Translations under genes and position numbers: made by a program
Source of the DNA: Heterodontus francisci
Taxonomy: Eukaryota
Length of the DNA stretch: 64,000 nt
Assembly (NCBI RefSeq): GCF_036365525.1
Contig: NC_090395.1
Location: forward strand, 65,621,326 to 65,685,325
Direction of reading: 5' to 3'
Notes under the pieces: generated by a model
What the model was told of the DNA's origin: nothing
What the model saw: the letters and a program-made list of their open reading frames with translations, nothing else
The model's database searches: none
Shown: positions 1 to 11,769 of the stretch, piece after piece
Layout of the letters: each line of letters opens with the position of its first letter
Numbering within the stretch: the first letter of the stretch is position 1

Positions 1-470
1 AGTACCCTGTTCCCACTTTCTTCCCATATACCTTGATTCCTTTAGCCCTAAGAACTATATCTAACTCTTTCTTGAATATATTTAATGATTTGGCCTCAAC
101 TGCTTTCTGTGGTAGAGAATTCCACAGGTTCACCACTCTCTGGGTGAAGAAATCTCTCCTCATTTCAGTCCTAAGTGGCTTATTCCTTATCCTTAGACTG
201 TGATCCCTGGTCCTGGACTCCCCCGCCATCGGGAACATCCTTCCTGCATCTAGTCTGTCCAGTCCTGTTAGAATTTTGTAGGTTTCTATGAGATCCCCTC
301 TCACTCTTCTAAACTCTAGCGAATACAAGCCTAATCGACCCAATCTCTCTTCATACGTCAGTCCTGCCATCCCAGGAATCAGTCTGGTAAACCTTCGTTG
401 CACTCCCTCCATAGCAAGAACATCCTTCCTCAGATAAGGAGACCAAAACTGCACACAATACTCCAGGTGT
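1..470 (-). mobile_element. CR1 LINE 3' fragment
   Basis: Reverse complement matches the CR1 ORF2 C-terminus and 3' end (HLEYCVQFWSP...FFTQRVVNLWNSLP), as in the intact CR1 at 39904-42858. Confidence 0.85.
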
Positions 471-800
471 GAAGTTTATCGTCAGAAGTTTCGGAACTTA
501 TAGAGATTGGCTGGGCAGACATATGTAGAATTTGAGAGGGTGAAGCAAATTCATTTTGATCGTTGAATACTGGCATTAAAGATGAAAATCACGTATGAGA
601 ACCTTTGAGAATTGATTCTCTTGGAAGAGTTTAAAAATTCAATCCCTTTGGTAATGAGAACTCATGTAGATAACCTGAAAGTTTTGAAAGCTAGACAAGC
701 AGCAGAAATTGCTAATGATTTTGAGCTTGGGTATCAGACAGTTAAAATTTTCAGCCCACCACCTGCAGACACAGGGAGCTTTAGAGAGATACCACCAAAC
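471..800 (+). mobile_element. Degenerate Gypsy (Gmr1-like) gag fragment, SCAN-like capsid region
   Basis: Reads EVYRQKFRNL*..GQTYVEFER..FDR*..YENL*ELILLEEFKNSIP..RTHV..AAEIANDF, with stop codons. Confidence 0.7.
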
Positions 801-898
801 TCTCAAAACAATGATTAGAGCATACTGTCATGAATATCTGCATGACGGGGACTAAACTTGCTTTTATTTGTCAGCAGAGAGTCACCAAATGAGTCTAT

Positions 899-1543
899 GC
901 CCAGAATCGTATGCCCCCCCAAAAGAGCGGGATGGTGGTGGGGTGGGGGGGTTGTAAAATGTAGTGGGAGGCTCATGGGGCCCTTCCCGACCCACTCCCA
1001 CCTCTGCTGCCACTTTATGCAGGGCGGCGGCAGCAAAAAACGGCCCGCCTGCCCCAGGTCAATCAAAGGCTTTGAGTGGCTAGGTAACAGCCACTTAAGG
1101 GCCTCTGCCCACCGCCATGGAGATTTTACCCTTGGCTGGTGGGCGGACAAATCCGAGAAAAGCCACCTGTTAAAAGTAGGTGAATTTCCGACACCCTGTG
1201 CCCGATGGAGGGCTGCCCCTGATGCCCCAACCACCCCCAAGCCCAACACGCACCCTGTCCCCCAATCGACCACTCTTGCCTCACCAAGGCTTGACCAAAT
1301 GTCCCTGGCTATGCCCCAAAAACTTACCCGGTCTCCGGGGCTCCCTGACATCTTCCTTCTTCAGCTGGCACTGCTGGGACAGAGAGCTGGCGGCCCACTG
1401 ATTGGCCAGCAGCTCCATCAGACCAATTAAAGGCCTGGGGACTGCAAAATGTGGTCCAGATCCCCAGGCCAGGCGGAGGTGATTTCGCCACCGACTTTTC
1501 AGTCGGTGGACGGCTCCTGTCCTCTGAGGGTAAAGTTCTGGCC
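899..1543. mobile_element. Non-autonomous Harbinger-type element (MITE)
   Basis: Ends GCCCAGAAT.../...AAAGTTCTGGCC flanked by TAT/TAT; same family as 32733-33502 in the opposite orientation. Confidence 0.6.
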
Positions 1544-1546
1544 TAT

Positions 1547-3790
1547 CTAGTTGAGGGAGGCGACATAGAGGCAGGGGCTTATTGCTGGCTGCAAAGGGAG
1601 GCCATCAGGAGAGGCAGCACCGACTGCCAGGCAGGGTGGAGAAGGGAGGGCATTATCTGAGGATTGGGGGCAAAGGTACCAGCACTGCAGAGTGCCATAT
1701 GGGGGGGGGGAGGGGCAATGGGCAGGTGGTGACATGTGGGGGGAGAAGGGGAGGTGTTGGTAGTGAAGGCCTTAAAGTTAGGGAGTGGCCACCTATCATG
1801 GGCGTCATTCATCCAGACTTCGGGCACCTCATTGAAGAGGAGGTGGAGCAGAGCAGGAGTGAGGTCCAGGCACCAGCAGAGGCACTGCAACAACTTGTGA
1901 GCCCACAAGAGGGTCAGTAGCAGCCTCCAGGTGGTGGAGAAGGACATAGAGGGGAAAGCCAGCAGCCTCCTCTGCACAGAAGAAGTTACCCTCTAGAGGG
2001 AGTCTAGCGGTCGAGGCTCAACTACCTACAAATGTCCGAGAGGCCGTGCCAGCAAAGATACCACTTCAACAGGGAGGCTATCACTGGCCTATGATCTATG
2101 ATGCAGGATGAGCTGTGCCCCAGGGGACTTGGTGGAAATCCAGTGTTGGTGGCACTGAAGATCACCGAACTTCTACGCCGTTGGATCATTTCAGGGGTCC
2201 AATGGGGACATGTCTGGATTCTCAGAGACAGCTGTCATCGGTACATCAGTGAGGTCACCAGTGCTCTTTTCAGGCAGGAGGATGAGTATGTGCGCTTCTG
2301 CTCAGATCACAACTCTCAAGCTGAGAGGAGCATTGGGTTCAGGGCCATCACTGGATTGCCCCAGGTACAGGGTGTTAGCAACTGCATGCATTTGGCCAGC
2401 AAGGCTCCCAACACCAGCCAGCGGCCTTCATCAACAAGAATGGCTTCCACTCCCGCAATGTACAACTGGTCAGCGACCACCGTAAACGGATTCTGCAGGT
2501 CTGCAACTTCCCAGGAAGTCTTCATTTTGAGGCAGTCCCAGGGGCCAGAGCTTTTCCAGCCTTCTTCGTGCTTTCAGGGATTGATCCTTGGAGACACGGC
2601 TACCCACTGAGGACATGGCTACTGATACCTCTGAGGAACCTACGCACAGATGCAGAGGAAAGGTACAACACCTGCCACAGGACAATGCGAGTAGCCATCG
2701 AGCAGGCCATTGGTCTACTGAAGATGAGATTCAGATTTCTAGATTGGTCCGTTGGAGCCTTTCAGTGCGCTCCAACGAGGATCTCACATCGTGCTGGTCT
2801 GCTGTGCACTGCACAACCTGTCATTAAAGAGGGGAGAGAGGTTGAACAATAAGGATATCAAGGAACGTGCTGCCTCCTCGGGCGGTGAAGATGCGGAGTG
2901 GGAAGCTGGTCAAGCATTGCCAGATGGAGGACCCCAGGGATAAGAGGAGTGATGCATGAGATAAGTGCAAGGTAGGCTCGCGATGCCTTTATATATTCTC
3001 TTTTCCTATTAAATATGTTGACCTTATCTGGTCTGGCCTACATGTGATGCCAGATCCACAGCAATGTGGTTGAATCTTAAATGTCCTCTGAAATGGCCTA
3101 GTGAGCCATTCAGTTTCTCAAGGGCAAATAGGGATGGGCAATAAATGCTGGCCTAGCCAGCGATGCCGACATCCCATGAACGAATAAATAAAAAAAAGAT
3201 CCTTACTACCAGCTGTACGTTGACCAATATATACTTGTGTTTATGCAGCCCTGTTGTCACCTTCCTTCCTTTAGGAAGCATTCACTCAGCGCCCAAGTGT
3301 GCACCGCTCAGCTGGCAAGGCTCCAGACTTGACCCCTCACAGCATAATTCCTTGCCTCAAGCCCCTTGACTGAGGCAAGGTTGAAATGACACCCCAAAGG
3401 CCATAAAAAGAGAAAAAAATCTTTATTATTTCCAACAACAACCACTACCCTTTCTATTTACATTACTCATTTTCCCATGAAACCTCTGTGCTTCTAGGCG
3501 CTCTTCTTTATTCTGTTGTGAACACTCCTACGCGGTGCTCCGCCTGCACTGTCAGCTGAATTGGAGGCAGGCTGTTGACCTTGCTGCCCCTTGGCTCGGG
3601 ATGACTTTGACGATCATCCTGGAGGGCCCCGGCATGTTGAGGGCCTCTTGCACAGAATCAATGCCACCCTCTGTCGTCGGGGATGGAGGAGGATCTGGCG
3701 TCACTGGCAGAGGGGCATAGAAACAGCTGCCTGCACAAGAAGCACCCTGAGATTAGCTCCCAGCTGCAGGGGGCAGCCAAGCTTTCGTGT
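1547..3790 (+). mobile_element. Degenerate Harbinger transposon (HARBI1-like DDE transposase relic), duplication unit 1
   Basis: Frameshifted motifs [60 protein letters not shown]; paralogous to 9835-15540 and 23335-24990. Confidence 0.85.
3020..3198 (+). mobile_element. tRNA-headed SINE, 3' part (unit-1-specific insertion)
   Basis: GGCCTACATGTGA...AAGGGCAAATAGGGATGGGCAATAAATGCTGG...A-rich tail; absent from the paralogous site near 13290. Confidence 0.7.
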
Positions 3791-4540
3791 AAAGTCAATA
3801 AGCTGATGTGGAAGGAGGCCTGCGATGAAGCCACAGCCATGGAAATGGCAGGAAGAAATAGTTGCTGATTGCAAGGAAGTTACAGTCCTGAGCTGGCAGC
3901 GGAGGTCCACCGGATTTCAGCAGGAACCAGGTAGCCAAGTTCACAGACTCAGAGTCAGAAATTTAGATGCTATCATTGCCATGGTAGCCACCAACCATCC
4001 AAATGCTCCCACTTTCAGTCAAAGTGCTATGACTGTGGGAAAGTCGTTCATATCCAGACGACATGCAGGAATTGAGGAAACGGTAATGCTCCAGGTCGCA
4101 GTAATCCACCTTGTCGAGGTCATAGTAGACCTAAAGCTAAAATAGGCTCCTGGAAGTCCTCAAATGTACATATGGTGGATATGGAAACAGAAGTTGATGT
4201 TATCGAGCAGGAAGATCAAGAATTGTACTCAATCAGAGAGCAAGATAAACAGCACATGGAAGTTGAGAGAGAAAGGGCTGAAGATAGAATTCTAGCACCC
4301 TCAGTAAAAATGAAAATCGGAGATTTACAACTTACGTTTGTTGTTGATACAGCCACAGCAGTGTCTGTTAACTTGGAAGGAGAGTATAAGAAGTCCCTAA
4401 GTCATATTCCCTTATGGAAAACTAGTGCGAAACTGACTAGTTATTCCAATAACAGCTTTCCAGTATTAGGTGAAGTGAGTATTAAGGTGGAATACAATGA
4501 TGCATCCTATTATTTGCCATTGGTAACAGCAGGAGATGAG
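3790..4540 (+). mobile_element. Gypsy gag-protease fragment
   Basis: Two zinc knuckles CYHCHGSHQPSKC..CYDCGKVVHIQTTC (3968-4066) followed by an aspartic-protease-like FVVDTATAVS..LTSYSNNSFPVLG (ORF 4172-4576). Confidence 0.8.
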
Positions 4541-4810
4541 GGAAGCAATTCTCTGACTAGAGAGATGACTCAGTAGGAAAGGGTTCAGATCTCTGGCCCA
4601 TTGGGACCAGGTCTGAAAGAGGAGCAGCCTGTAGAGTATGGGAGGACTTTATCTGAACACTTATTAAACCAATGGCCTTGCTGGGTGAAGAACTCGTACT
4701 GTGGAAAAGTTTACACTAAAACTGCAGGAGTTTTTAAAAAAGGTGAAGAGGCAGAGAGAAGAACAGAAAGAGGAAATGATATAGGATAGATTAAAAGGAG
4801 AAACAATGAG
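4540..4810 (+). mobile_element. Old CR1 ORF1 (esterase) 3' fragment at the tandem-duplication junction
   Basis: GGGTTCAGATCTCTGGCCCATTGGGACCAG resembles GFRFLGHWDRFW of CR1 ORF1; copies at 17450-17715 (inverted) and 25400-25650. Confidence 0.65.
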
Positions 4811-5170
4811 GTAAAAATGCTTCACTGGCAAATTCATTTTTGCAAATAGCTGCATAAATATCAACAGGCTGTTGGTTTAAGAGAGAAGCACTTTAAAGGC
4901 TCACTAATTGAGCCAGGAAACAGGGAGTTTTATTCGGATGTTTCTTTCCTCATTGTTAATAGTAGGTTGATTATGTTGTTAAAGATGGACAGATGAAGGA
5001 TATTGTTTAATTAAGGATTTGGAGCAGATATAAAGTGAGCCTGCTGGAACATGGGGAGCAAGGCAGGAAGCAGAAATATATAATGCTGCATTCTGTGAAT
5101 AAATCAACTATCAAGAAAATGGTCTGTGTCTAGCTTCATTCTTCACCATTTGGCTTGGATCCATGTAACA
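4810..5170 (+). mobile_element. LTR 3' remnant
   Basis: AATAAA at ~5098 and terminal ...CCATGTAACA, after which the sequence resumes homology to the post-C2 intron of gene C (~58005). Confidence 0.45.
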
Positions 5171-5772
5171 CTCATAGCTAAAAGCTCTCATCTCACGTGT
5201 CATTTCAGTTCAATTCTACCACACTCTATCCTGACATCCACCCTAAAGTAGGCCACAATTCCCTTGGTCACTGACCTGAAACATTAACTCTGTTTCTCTC
5301 TCCGCCGATGCTGCCAGACCTGCTTAGTATTGCCAGCACTTTCTGTTTTTATTTCCCTTCCTAAAAGCACTGCTGGTGTACCTACACCCCAAGGACTGCA
5401 GCGGTTCAAGAAGGCAGCTCAACACCAGGGCAATTAGGGATGGGCAATAAATACTGGTATAGCCAGTGATGCCCACATCCCGTGAACGAATAATTAAACA
5501 AAAACAAATGACAGTTGACTGTTGCATTTCACAATTCCATCTGCTGGAAATAGGTATATTAGTTTATGAAGAAGGAGTCAATCAAATTCAATTTTAATTT
5601 TATGGGATTACAGGAGTTTCTGCAATGTTTATGCATGTTTTGGGGATTGTTGAGTGAATTTGCCCAGTTTCAGTTTCTCAGAGTGACTGAAGGAACTTAC
5701 CCGGTGACCAGTTTGGATAGACATTAATTAAAAAATTCAGTTACCATACTGTTTGTTTGAAGTATCTCTTAC

Positions 5773-6096
5773 CAATGCTGCTGATTTGTATCACATAACT
5801 GCAGTTTTTCTCTGATCTGTTGGAGACTGACACGTGAACCATTTCACTGGCTTTTTCTCCCTGATTATTTGAGGCTGTGCAGTAATATTGATGATGTTGC
5901 TGTTTGAAGGATTGACAATGTAGATCCAGTTTATTGATGTCAGAGATCTTTGAATCTTCAGACGGGGTCTTTTCATACCATGTGTACTGAATGGGGAGGG
6001 ATCCCTGGACAGACTCACAGGAGATGGAAACTGAGCCCCCAGAACATGAGCGATCTGGTCGTGATAAAAATCTGACTACGGGAACAGACACGGATT
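5773..6096 (-). CDS. Ig C2-type (FcR-like) exon, cassette B of the CD300/pIgR-like receptor gene
   Basis: cag|AA TCC GTG...ATT G|gtaaga; 324 nt, phase 1-1, open; VSVPV..GGSVSISCESVQGSLPIQYTWY..YYCTASN..SEMVHVSV. Confidence 0.9.
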
Positions 6097-6199
6097 CTGT
6101 GGGAAAGAAACAAACATTCAGATACTGACTGTACGTTTAAAAATCAAATACTCTCCAGTAGAATTTGGGTCAGCTCATTAAAATCAAGAAGTAGAATGA

Positions 6200-8830
6200 G
6201 TTTGAGTCAAGTTAAGAAACAACAAGGGACAGAAAACTTTGGTGGGAGTTGTTTATAGGCCCCTAACAGTAGTGTGGGGCAGAGTATAAATCAAGAAATT
6301 AGAGGCATAATTAAAAAGGGTATTACAGCAATCATGGGGAACTTTAATATTCATATAGACTGGGAAAACCAAATTTACAGTAATATTGTGGATGACAAGT
6401 TCATGGAATGTATACAAGATAGTTATCTAGATCAGTAAGTTGAGAACCAACTCGGAAACAGGCTTTTTTTCGATTTAATGTTCTGTTGTGAGGAAGGGTT
6501 CATTAATCAACTTGCACGAAAGGCACCAGTAGGGAAAAATGATCATAATATGGTGGTATTTAATATTGAGCTTGAAAGTGATTCAGTTTAGTTTGAAACT
6601 AGGGTCTTAAATCTAAACAAAGCAAACTACATAGGTATAAGGGGGAAGTTGACTAAGGTAGATGGGAAACTGCATTAAAAGATATGATGGCAGAAAAGGA
6701 AATTTAAACAGTTAATACATAATTTGCAACAAGTATACATTTCTTTAAGGCACAAACCCTCACAGAAACAGTGGTCCAACCATGGCTAACAAGAGGAGTT
6801 AAAGATAGTATTAAATCAAAGGAAGAGGCTTTTAAAGTTGCCAAAAAGAGTAGTAAGCCTGAGGATTAGAAGGATTGTAGAAGTCAGCAAAGGAGGAATT
6901 GATAAGGAAAAAGAAAAGAGAATATGAGAGCAAACTAGCAAGAGACATGAAAGCAGATTGTAAACATTTCTATAGCTATATAAATAAGAAAGGATTAGAG
7001 GTAGAGACAGGTGATATTACAATGAGGAAAAAAGGAAGGGCAGAGACATTTCTTCACGGTAGAAGACAATAAAAAGTTATAGAAATAATGGAGAACCAAG
7101 GGTCTAGTGAGAATGAGGAACTTAAGGTATAAGTAAAAAATGAGTACTAGTGAAATTAATGGGACTAAGTGGCAACAAATCCCTGATGACCTGCATCCTA
7201 GGGTTTGAAAAGTGGTAGCAGCACAGATAGTAGATGCATTGGTTTTGATCTTCCAGAATTCCTTAGATTCTAGAAGAGTTCCCAAGGATTGGGAGGTAGT
7301 AAACATAACCCTGGTTTTTAAGTAAGGTGGAAGAGGGAAAATGGGGAATTATAGACCAGTTAGCATAGCAAAATTCTAGAATCTATTATTAGGGATGCAG
7401 TAACAGAGCACTTAGAAACTCATGATATGATTAAGCAGATTCAACACGGATGTATGAAAGGGAAGTTATGTTTGACTAATTCTGTTGGAGGGTGCAATTA
7501 GTAGGATGGATACGAAGGACCCAGTGGATGGAGTGTATTTGGATTTTTGAAAAACATTCAATAAGGTGCCACACAGCAGAAATAAACAAGACAATTCCAG
7601 GTTGGCAGGCTGTAATCATTGTGATAATGGAAGGATCAGGACTTGGATCTCAGCTATTTACAATCTATATTAATGACTTAGATAAGGGGACTGAGTGTCA
7701 TTTATTCATGTTTGCTGGTGATACAAAGCTAGGTGGGAAAGTATTAGCAAGGAGGACATAAAGAGGCTACAGAGGGATATAGACAGGCTGGGTGAGTGGG
7801 CAAGAACATGGCAGGTGGAATACAATGTGGTGAAGTGTGAAGTTATCCACTCTGATAGGTAAATAGAAAAGCAGAATATTTTTTGAATGGTGAGAGACTA
7901 GGAAATGTTTACATTCAGAGGGACCTGGGCGTCCTTGTACATGAATCACAGATAATTAACATGCATGTATAGCAAGCATCTAGGAAGGCAAATGGGAGTT
8001 CTGAAGAAGGGTCATTGACCTGAAACGTTAACTCTGCTTCTCTCTCCACAGATGCTGCCAGACCTGCTGAGTATTTCCAACATTTCTTGTTTTTATTATA
8101 AGGCAAATGATATGTTAGCTATTGTTACCAAGGGGTTGGCATATGAGTAAAGAAGTCTTAAACAATTATATAGGGCACTGGTGAGGCCACACCTAGAGTA
8201 CTGTGTGCAGATTTGGTCTCCTTACCCAGGGAAGGATATACTTGCCCCAAAGGGAGCGCAAGGAAGGTTGACTAGACTGGTTCTTAGAATGAGGGATTTG
8301 TTTTATGAGGAGAGATTGTGTAGACTAGGCCTATATTCCCTGGAGCTTAGAAGAGTGAGAGATGATCTAATTGAAACATATAAAATTCTTATGGGGCTTG
8401 ACAGAGTAGATGCTGAGAAAAAGTTTCCCCTGACTAGGGAAGCTAGAACACAGGATCACAGTCTCAGAATAAGATATCAGCCATTTAGGGCTGAGATGAT
8501 GAAAAATTTCTTCTTTCAATGGATTGTGAAACTTTGGATTTAAGCAAAATACTGCAGATGCTGGAAATCTGATATAAAAACAGAAAGTGCAGGGAATACT
8601 CAGCAGTTGTGGCTGCATCTGTGGAGAGAGAAACAGAGTTAATATTTCGGGCACAGATGTGAAACTTTGGAATTCTGTATCCCAGAGAGCTGTGGATGCT
8701 CATGTATTAAGTATATTCCAGACAGATGTTGATAGATTTTTGGGTATTAAGGGAGTTAAGGGATATACGAAAGGGGATCTTGGTGAATGGCCGAGCAGGC
8801 TCACAGGGCCAATTGGCCTACTCCTGCTCC
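6200..8830 (+). mobile_element. Degenerate CR1 LINE in the V-C2 intron of cassette B
   Basis: EN/RT remnants (IMGNFNIHIDW, YINDLD, FAGDTKLGG, RPHLEYCVQIWSP); paralog at 19730-22350. Confidence 0.85.
7995..8099 (+). ncRNA. Short Penelope-type retroelement carrying a minimal hammerhead ribozyme motif
   Basis: GAGTT-CTGAAGA-AGGGTCA.TGACCT-GAAAC-GTT-AACTC; flanked by the duplication AAGGCAAATG; absent from the paralogous site at ~21595. Confidence 0.6.
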
Positions 8831-9312
8831 TATTTCTTGGCATCTTATGTATCTTGTTGATCATGTGTGTCACCTATCAGATCAAGGAGCCTATGAAACA
8901 TGTTAAGCTCAGTGGATTGATTCTATTTTTAATATTTTCTCGGAAGTAATACCACGAGTAAACACTTACTTCTCACTTCTTTGGTTAATTCTGGCTGCTA
9001 ATTTTAGTGACATTTCATACAGTGCAGAGACAGGAAAATGTGGTAAGAATCTCATGTGATATCTACCACAATACCCTGTAGTTAAAGGAATTGTTAATCC
9101 AATAACACTTGAAACTCTTGGTCAGAAAGCTGGACAGGCCACGAATTGGGTGTATGTAACACGAGCCAGATTTCCCGACCTCTGTCCATTACCTGACAGA
9201 CTCTGCACTACTGCAGAGCCTCGGGATATCGGGGCTGCCATGTTTCTCCCAGATAAAACATTGATCAGACATTTCAGTGGAGAGTAATAAAGAAAATCCC
9301 TGGGAAATATAC

Positions 9313-9626
9313 CGTAAGATATTTGTAGCTCGACAGCAAACAGCAGATCGAGGCCAGGTGTTCAATACCACAGTTGTGCCATCCTGCATCTTCTGAGCGA
9401 AGATCCTTCATTATAACAACAAATATTCCTTGTCTCTTTTTATCTGTGATTGATATTCTTTCACGTTGCCAATTTGACTTTACTAAAACTGAGCACTGGC
9501 GAGTCCAGCCATGACACCAATATTTCACAGATGACTGGTACTGCTGTGCCCCATAGCGATAATCTATTGTGATCGCTCTTCCCACAACACCTGTTACTTT
9601 CTTTTCAGCACACAATACATCTGAAA
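9313..9626 (-). pseudogene. CD300/pIgR-like V exon, cassette B (1-bp deletion, B-strand Cys->Tyr)
   Basis: cag|TT TCA GAT...TAC G|gtatat; 314 nt against 315 in the paralog; VGRAITIDYRY..KYWCHGWTRQCSVLV..RISITD..MKDLRSEDAGWHNCGIE, then frameshift. Confidence 0.85.
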
Positions 9627-11261
9627 CTGAGGGGACAGAAACTGAATAGGCTGAATACAAACAAATACATTTTGATAATCGTTGCCACTGTGCACAGAGG
9701 AATCTCTCCACTATATCTATAATACAGTTGAATTCCTTCTTGTTTGTGATGAAAGAAAACATTAATATAGTGCCTTATCACTGTCTCAGGATGTGACAAA
9801 GCACTTCACAGTCAATGACTAAGTTTTGAAGTATGGCAGAATTTTATGCCGACTTCGGGTTCAGGAACAGTGGTATGGGAGGGAGGGGCGCATTAAATAA
9901 GGACGGGCTAAGTTATTACTGCGCTGGGAATCAGTGGGAGTCTAGCGGGAGAGGCTCAATTGCCTTCAGATGTCTGAGAGGCAAAGACTCCACTTCAACA
10001 GGGAGGCTGTCACTGACCTATGAGCTATGATGCAGGACGAGCTGTGCCCCAGCGGACCTGGTGGAAATCCGATGCTAGTGGCACCGAAGGCCACCGTGGC
10101 ACTGACCCTGTACACATCTGGATCATTTCAGGGATCCACTGGGGGCATGTCTGGATTCTCACAGTCAGTGGTCAACGGCACATCAAGGAGGTCATCAAGG
10201 AGGATGAGTTTGTGCACTTTTGCTCAGATCCTAACTCTCAAGCTGAGACATCCATTGAGTTTAGGGCTATCACTGGATTCCCCAGGTACGGGACGTCTGC
10301 ACACAGATGGCCATCAAGGCGCTGGAACACCAGCCAGAGCCTTCATCGACAAGACAGTCTTCCACTCCCTCAAAGTACAACTGGTCTGCGAAAACCGTAA
10401 ATGGATCCTGCAGGTCTGCGCACGCTTCCTGGGAAGTTGCCATGATGCCTACATTTTGAGGCTTTCCCAGGGGCCAGAGCTTTTCTGCCCTCCTTCGTGC
10501 CTTCAGGGATAGATCCTTAGAGACCACGGCTACCCACTGAGGACATGGCTACTAACACTTGTGAGCAACACACACACACACATGCAGAGGAAAGGTACTA
10601 CACCTGCCATGGGACAACACGAGTCACCATCAAGCAGGCCATTGGTCTATTGAAGATGAGATTCAGATCCCTAGATTGGTCTGTTGGACCCCTTCAGTAT
10701 GCTTCAGCGAGGGTCTCACGTATCGTGGTGGTCTGCTTTGCACTGTGTTACAAGAGGTTTTATTTTTGTCCAAAATCTTAGAATTCTATGTGTTTTAAAA
10801 AAACTGAAAAAACATTTTCAGTGGACATGGACACCTGCAAATAGCTGAAATTTTTGGATGTTGATTTTGTATACAAGAATAGGAAGACCAAGCCGTTTCA
10901 AGGAAGCTAGCCAGTGGTTTTTGACCTCCACGGAGCAACACCTTGAATTACAGGGGCGACACTGTGCCTGGCCATGGGATCAGCTCAGGAAGGTTTACTT
11001 TTTTCCGAATCCTTTTAAAAACCAGTGAGTTGGACAAAGAGCAGGCATTTGAAATTCTGACCCATCTGGAGATCAAAATGGAAGACCTAGAAAAGGAAAC
11101 TGTAAAGGAAACTTGCATCCCTTGAAAAGAAACGCTGTATTTGAAAGGTGGCAGATTCCTATTGCCTCCTGTCTCTGAAGAATTCTTGCATCCAGTGTGG
11201 TTCCTGTTTCCTCCTGTGTTTGGGAAATCCTAGAACCTGAAGAAAGCTTCTACTATAACAA

Positions 11262-11750
11262 TCAATGCAAAATACTGCAGATGTTGGAAATCTGAAATAA
11301 AAACAAGAAATGCTGGAAATACGCAGCAGGCCTGGCAGCATCTGTGGAGAGAGAAGCAGAGTTAACGTTTCAGGTCAGTGACCCTTCTTCAGAACTAGCA
11401 GATATTAGAAATGTAAAAGATTTTAAGCAAGTAAAGCGGTGGGGGGGGGGGGGGTGCTATAGATAACAAAAGAGGTGTTGATAGGACAAGGTCACAGAGA
11501 ATAACTGACCAGAAGATCGTGGAACAAAGGCAAATGGTATGTTAGTGGTGTGGTGAAAGACAAAGCATTAGTACAGAGAGGGTGTGAATTGATTGTAAAG
11601 CACAAAGCACTCCAAGCACAAACATTAATTTTTTTTTTTAAAAACAGCAACAGTGGGTAGGCACAGTAGAAACAAACTAATAAACCAAAAAAACTAAACT
11701 AAAATAACCAAATAAAAATGAAAAAAGAAAAAATAACTAAACATTCTTAA
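11262..11750 (-). mobile_element. Penelope-type terminal fragment with hammerhead motif (11359-11396)
   Basis: Minus strand reads AGTT-CTGAAGA-AGGGTCACTGACCT-GAAACGTT-AACT followed by the common CAGATGCTGCCAG...CAGCATCTG body. Confidence 0.6.
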
Positions 11751-11769
11751 TAAATAATAAATAAGAATA

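Noticed and set aside
815-1430. Overlapping 178-aa and 190-aa ORFs
   Set aside because: They lie within a GC-rich MITE and show no recognisable domain.
2098-2852. Domesticated HARBI1 gene
   Set aside because: All copies have multiple frameshifts, and the family retains TIRs and a Myb partner; these are dead transposons.
8960-9240. Possible micro-exons between V and C2 (donor-like CAG|GTAATG at ~9192 and ~22690, GTAAGT at ~8969)
   Set aside because: No convincing acceptor or frame; the second donor is GC in the paralog; similarity is explained by the duplication.
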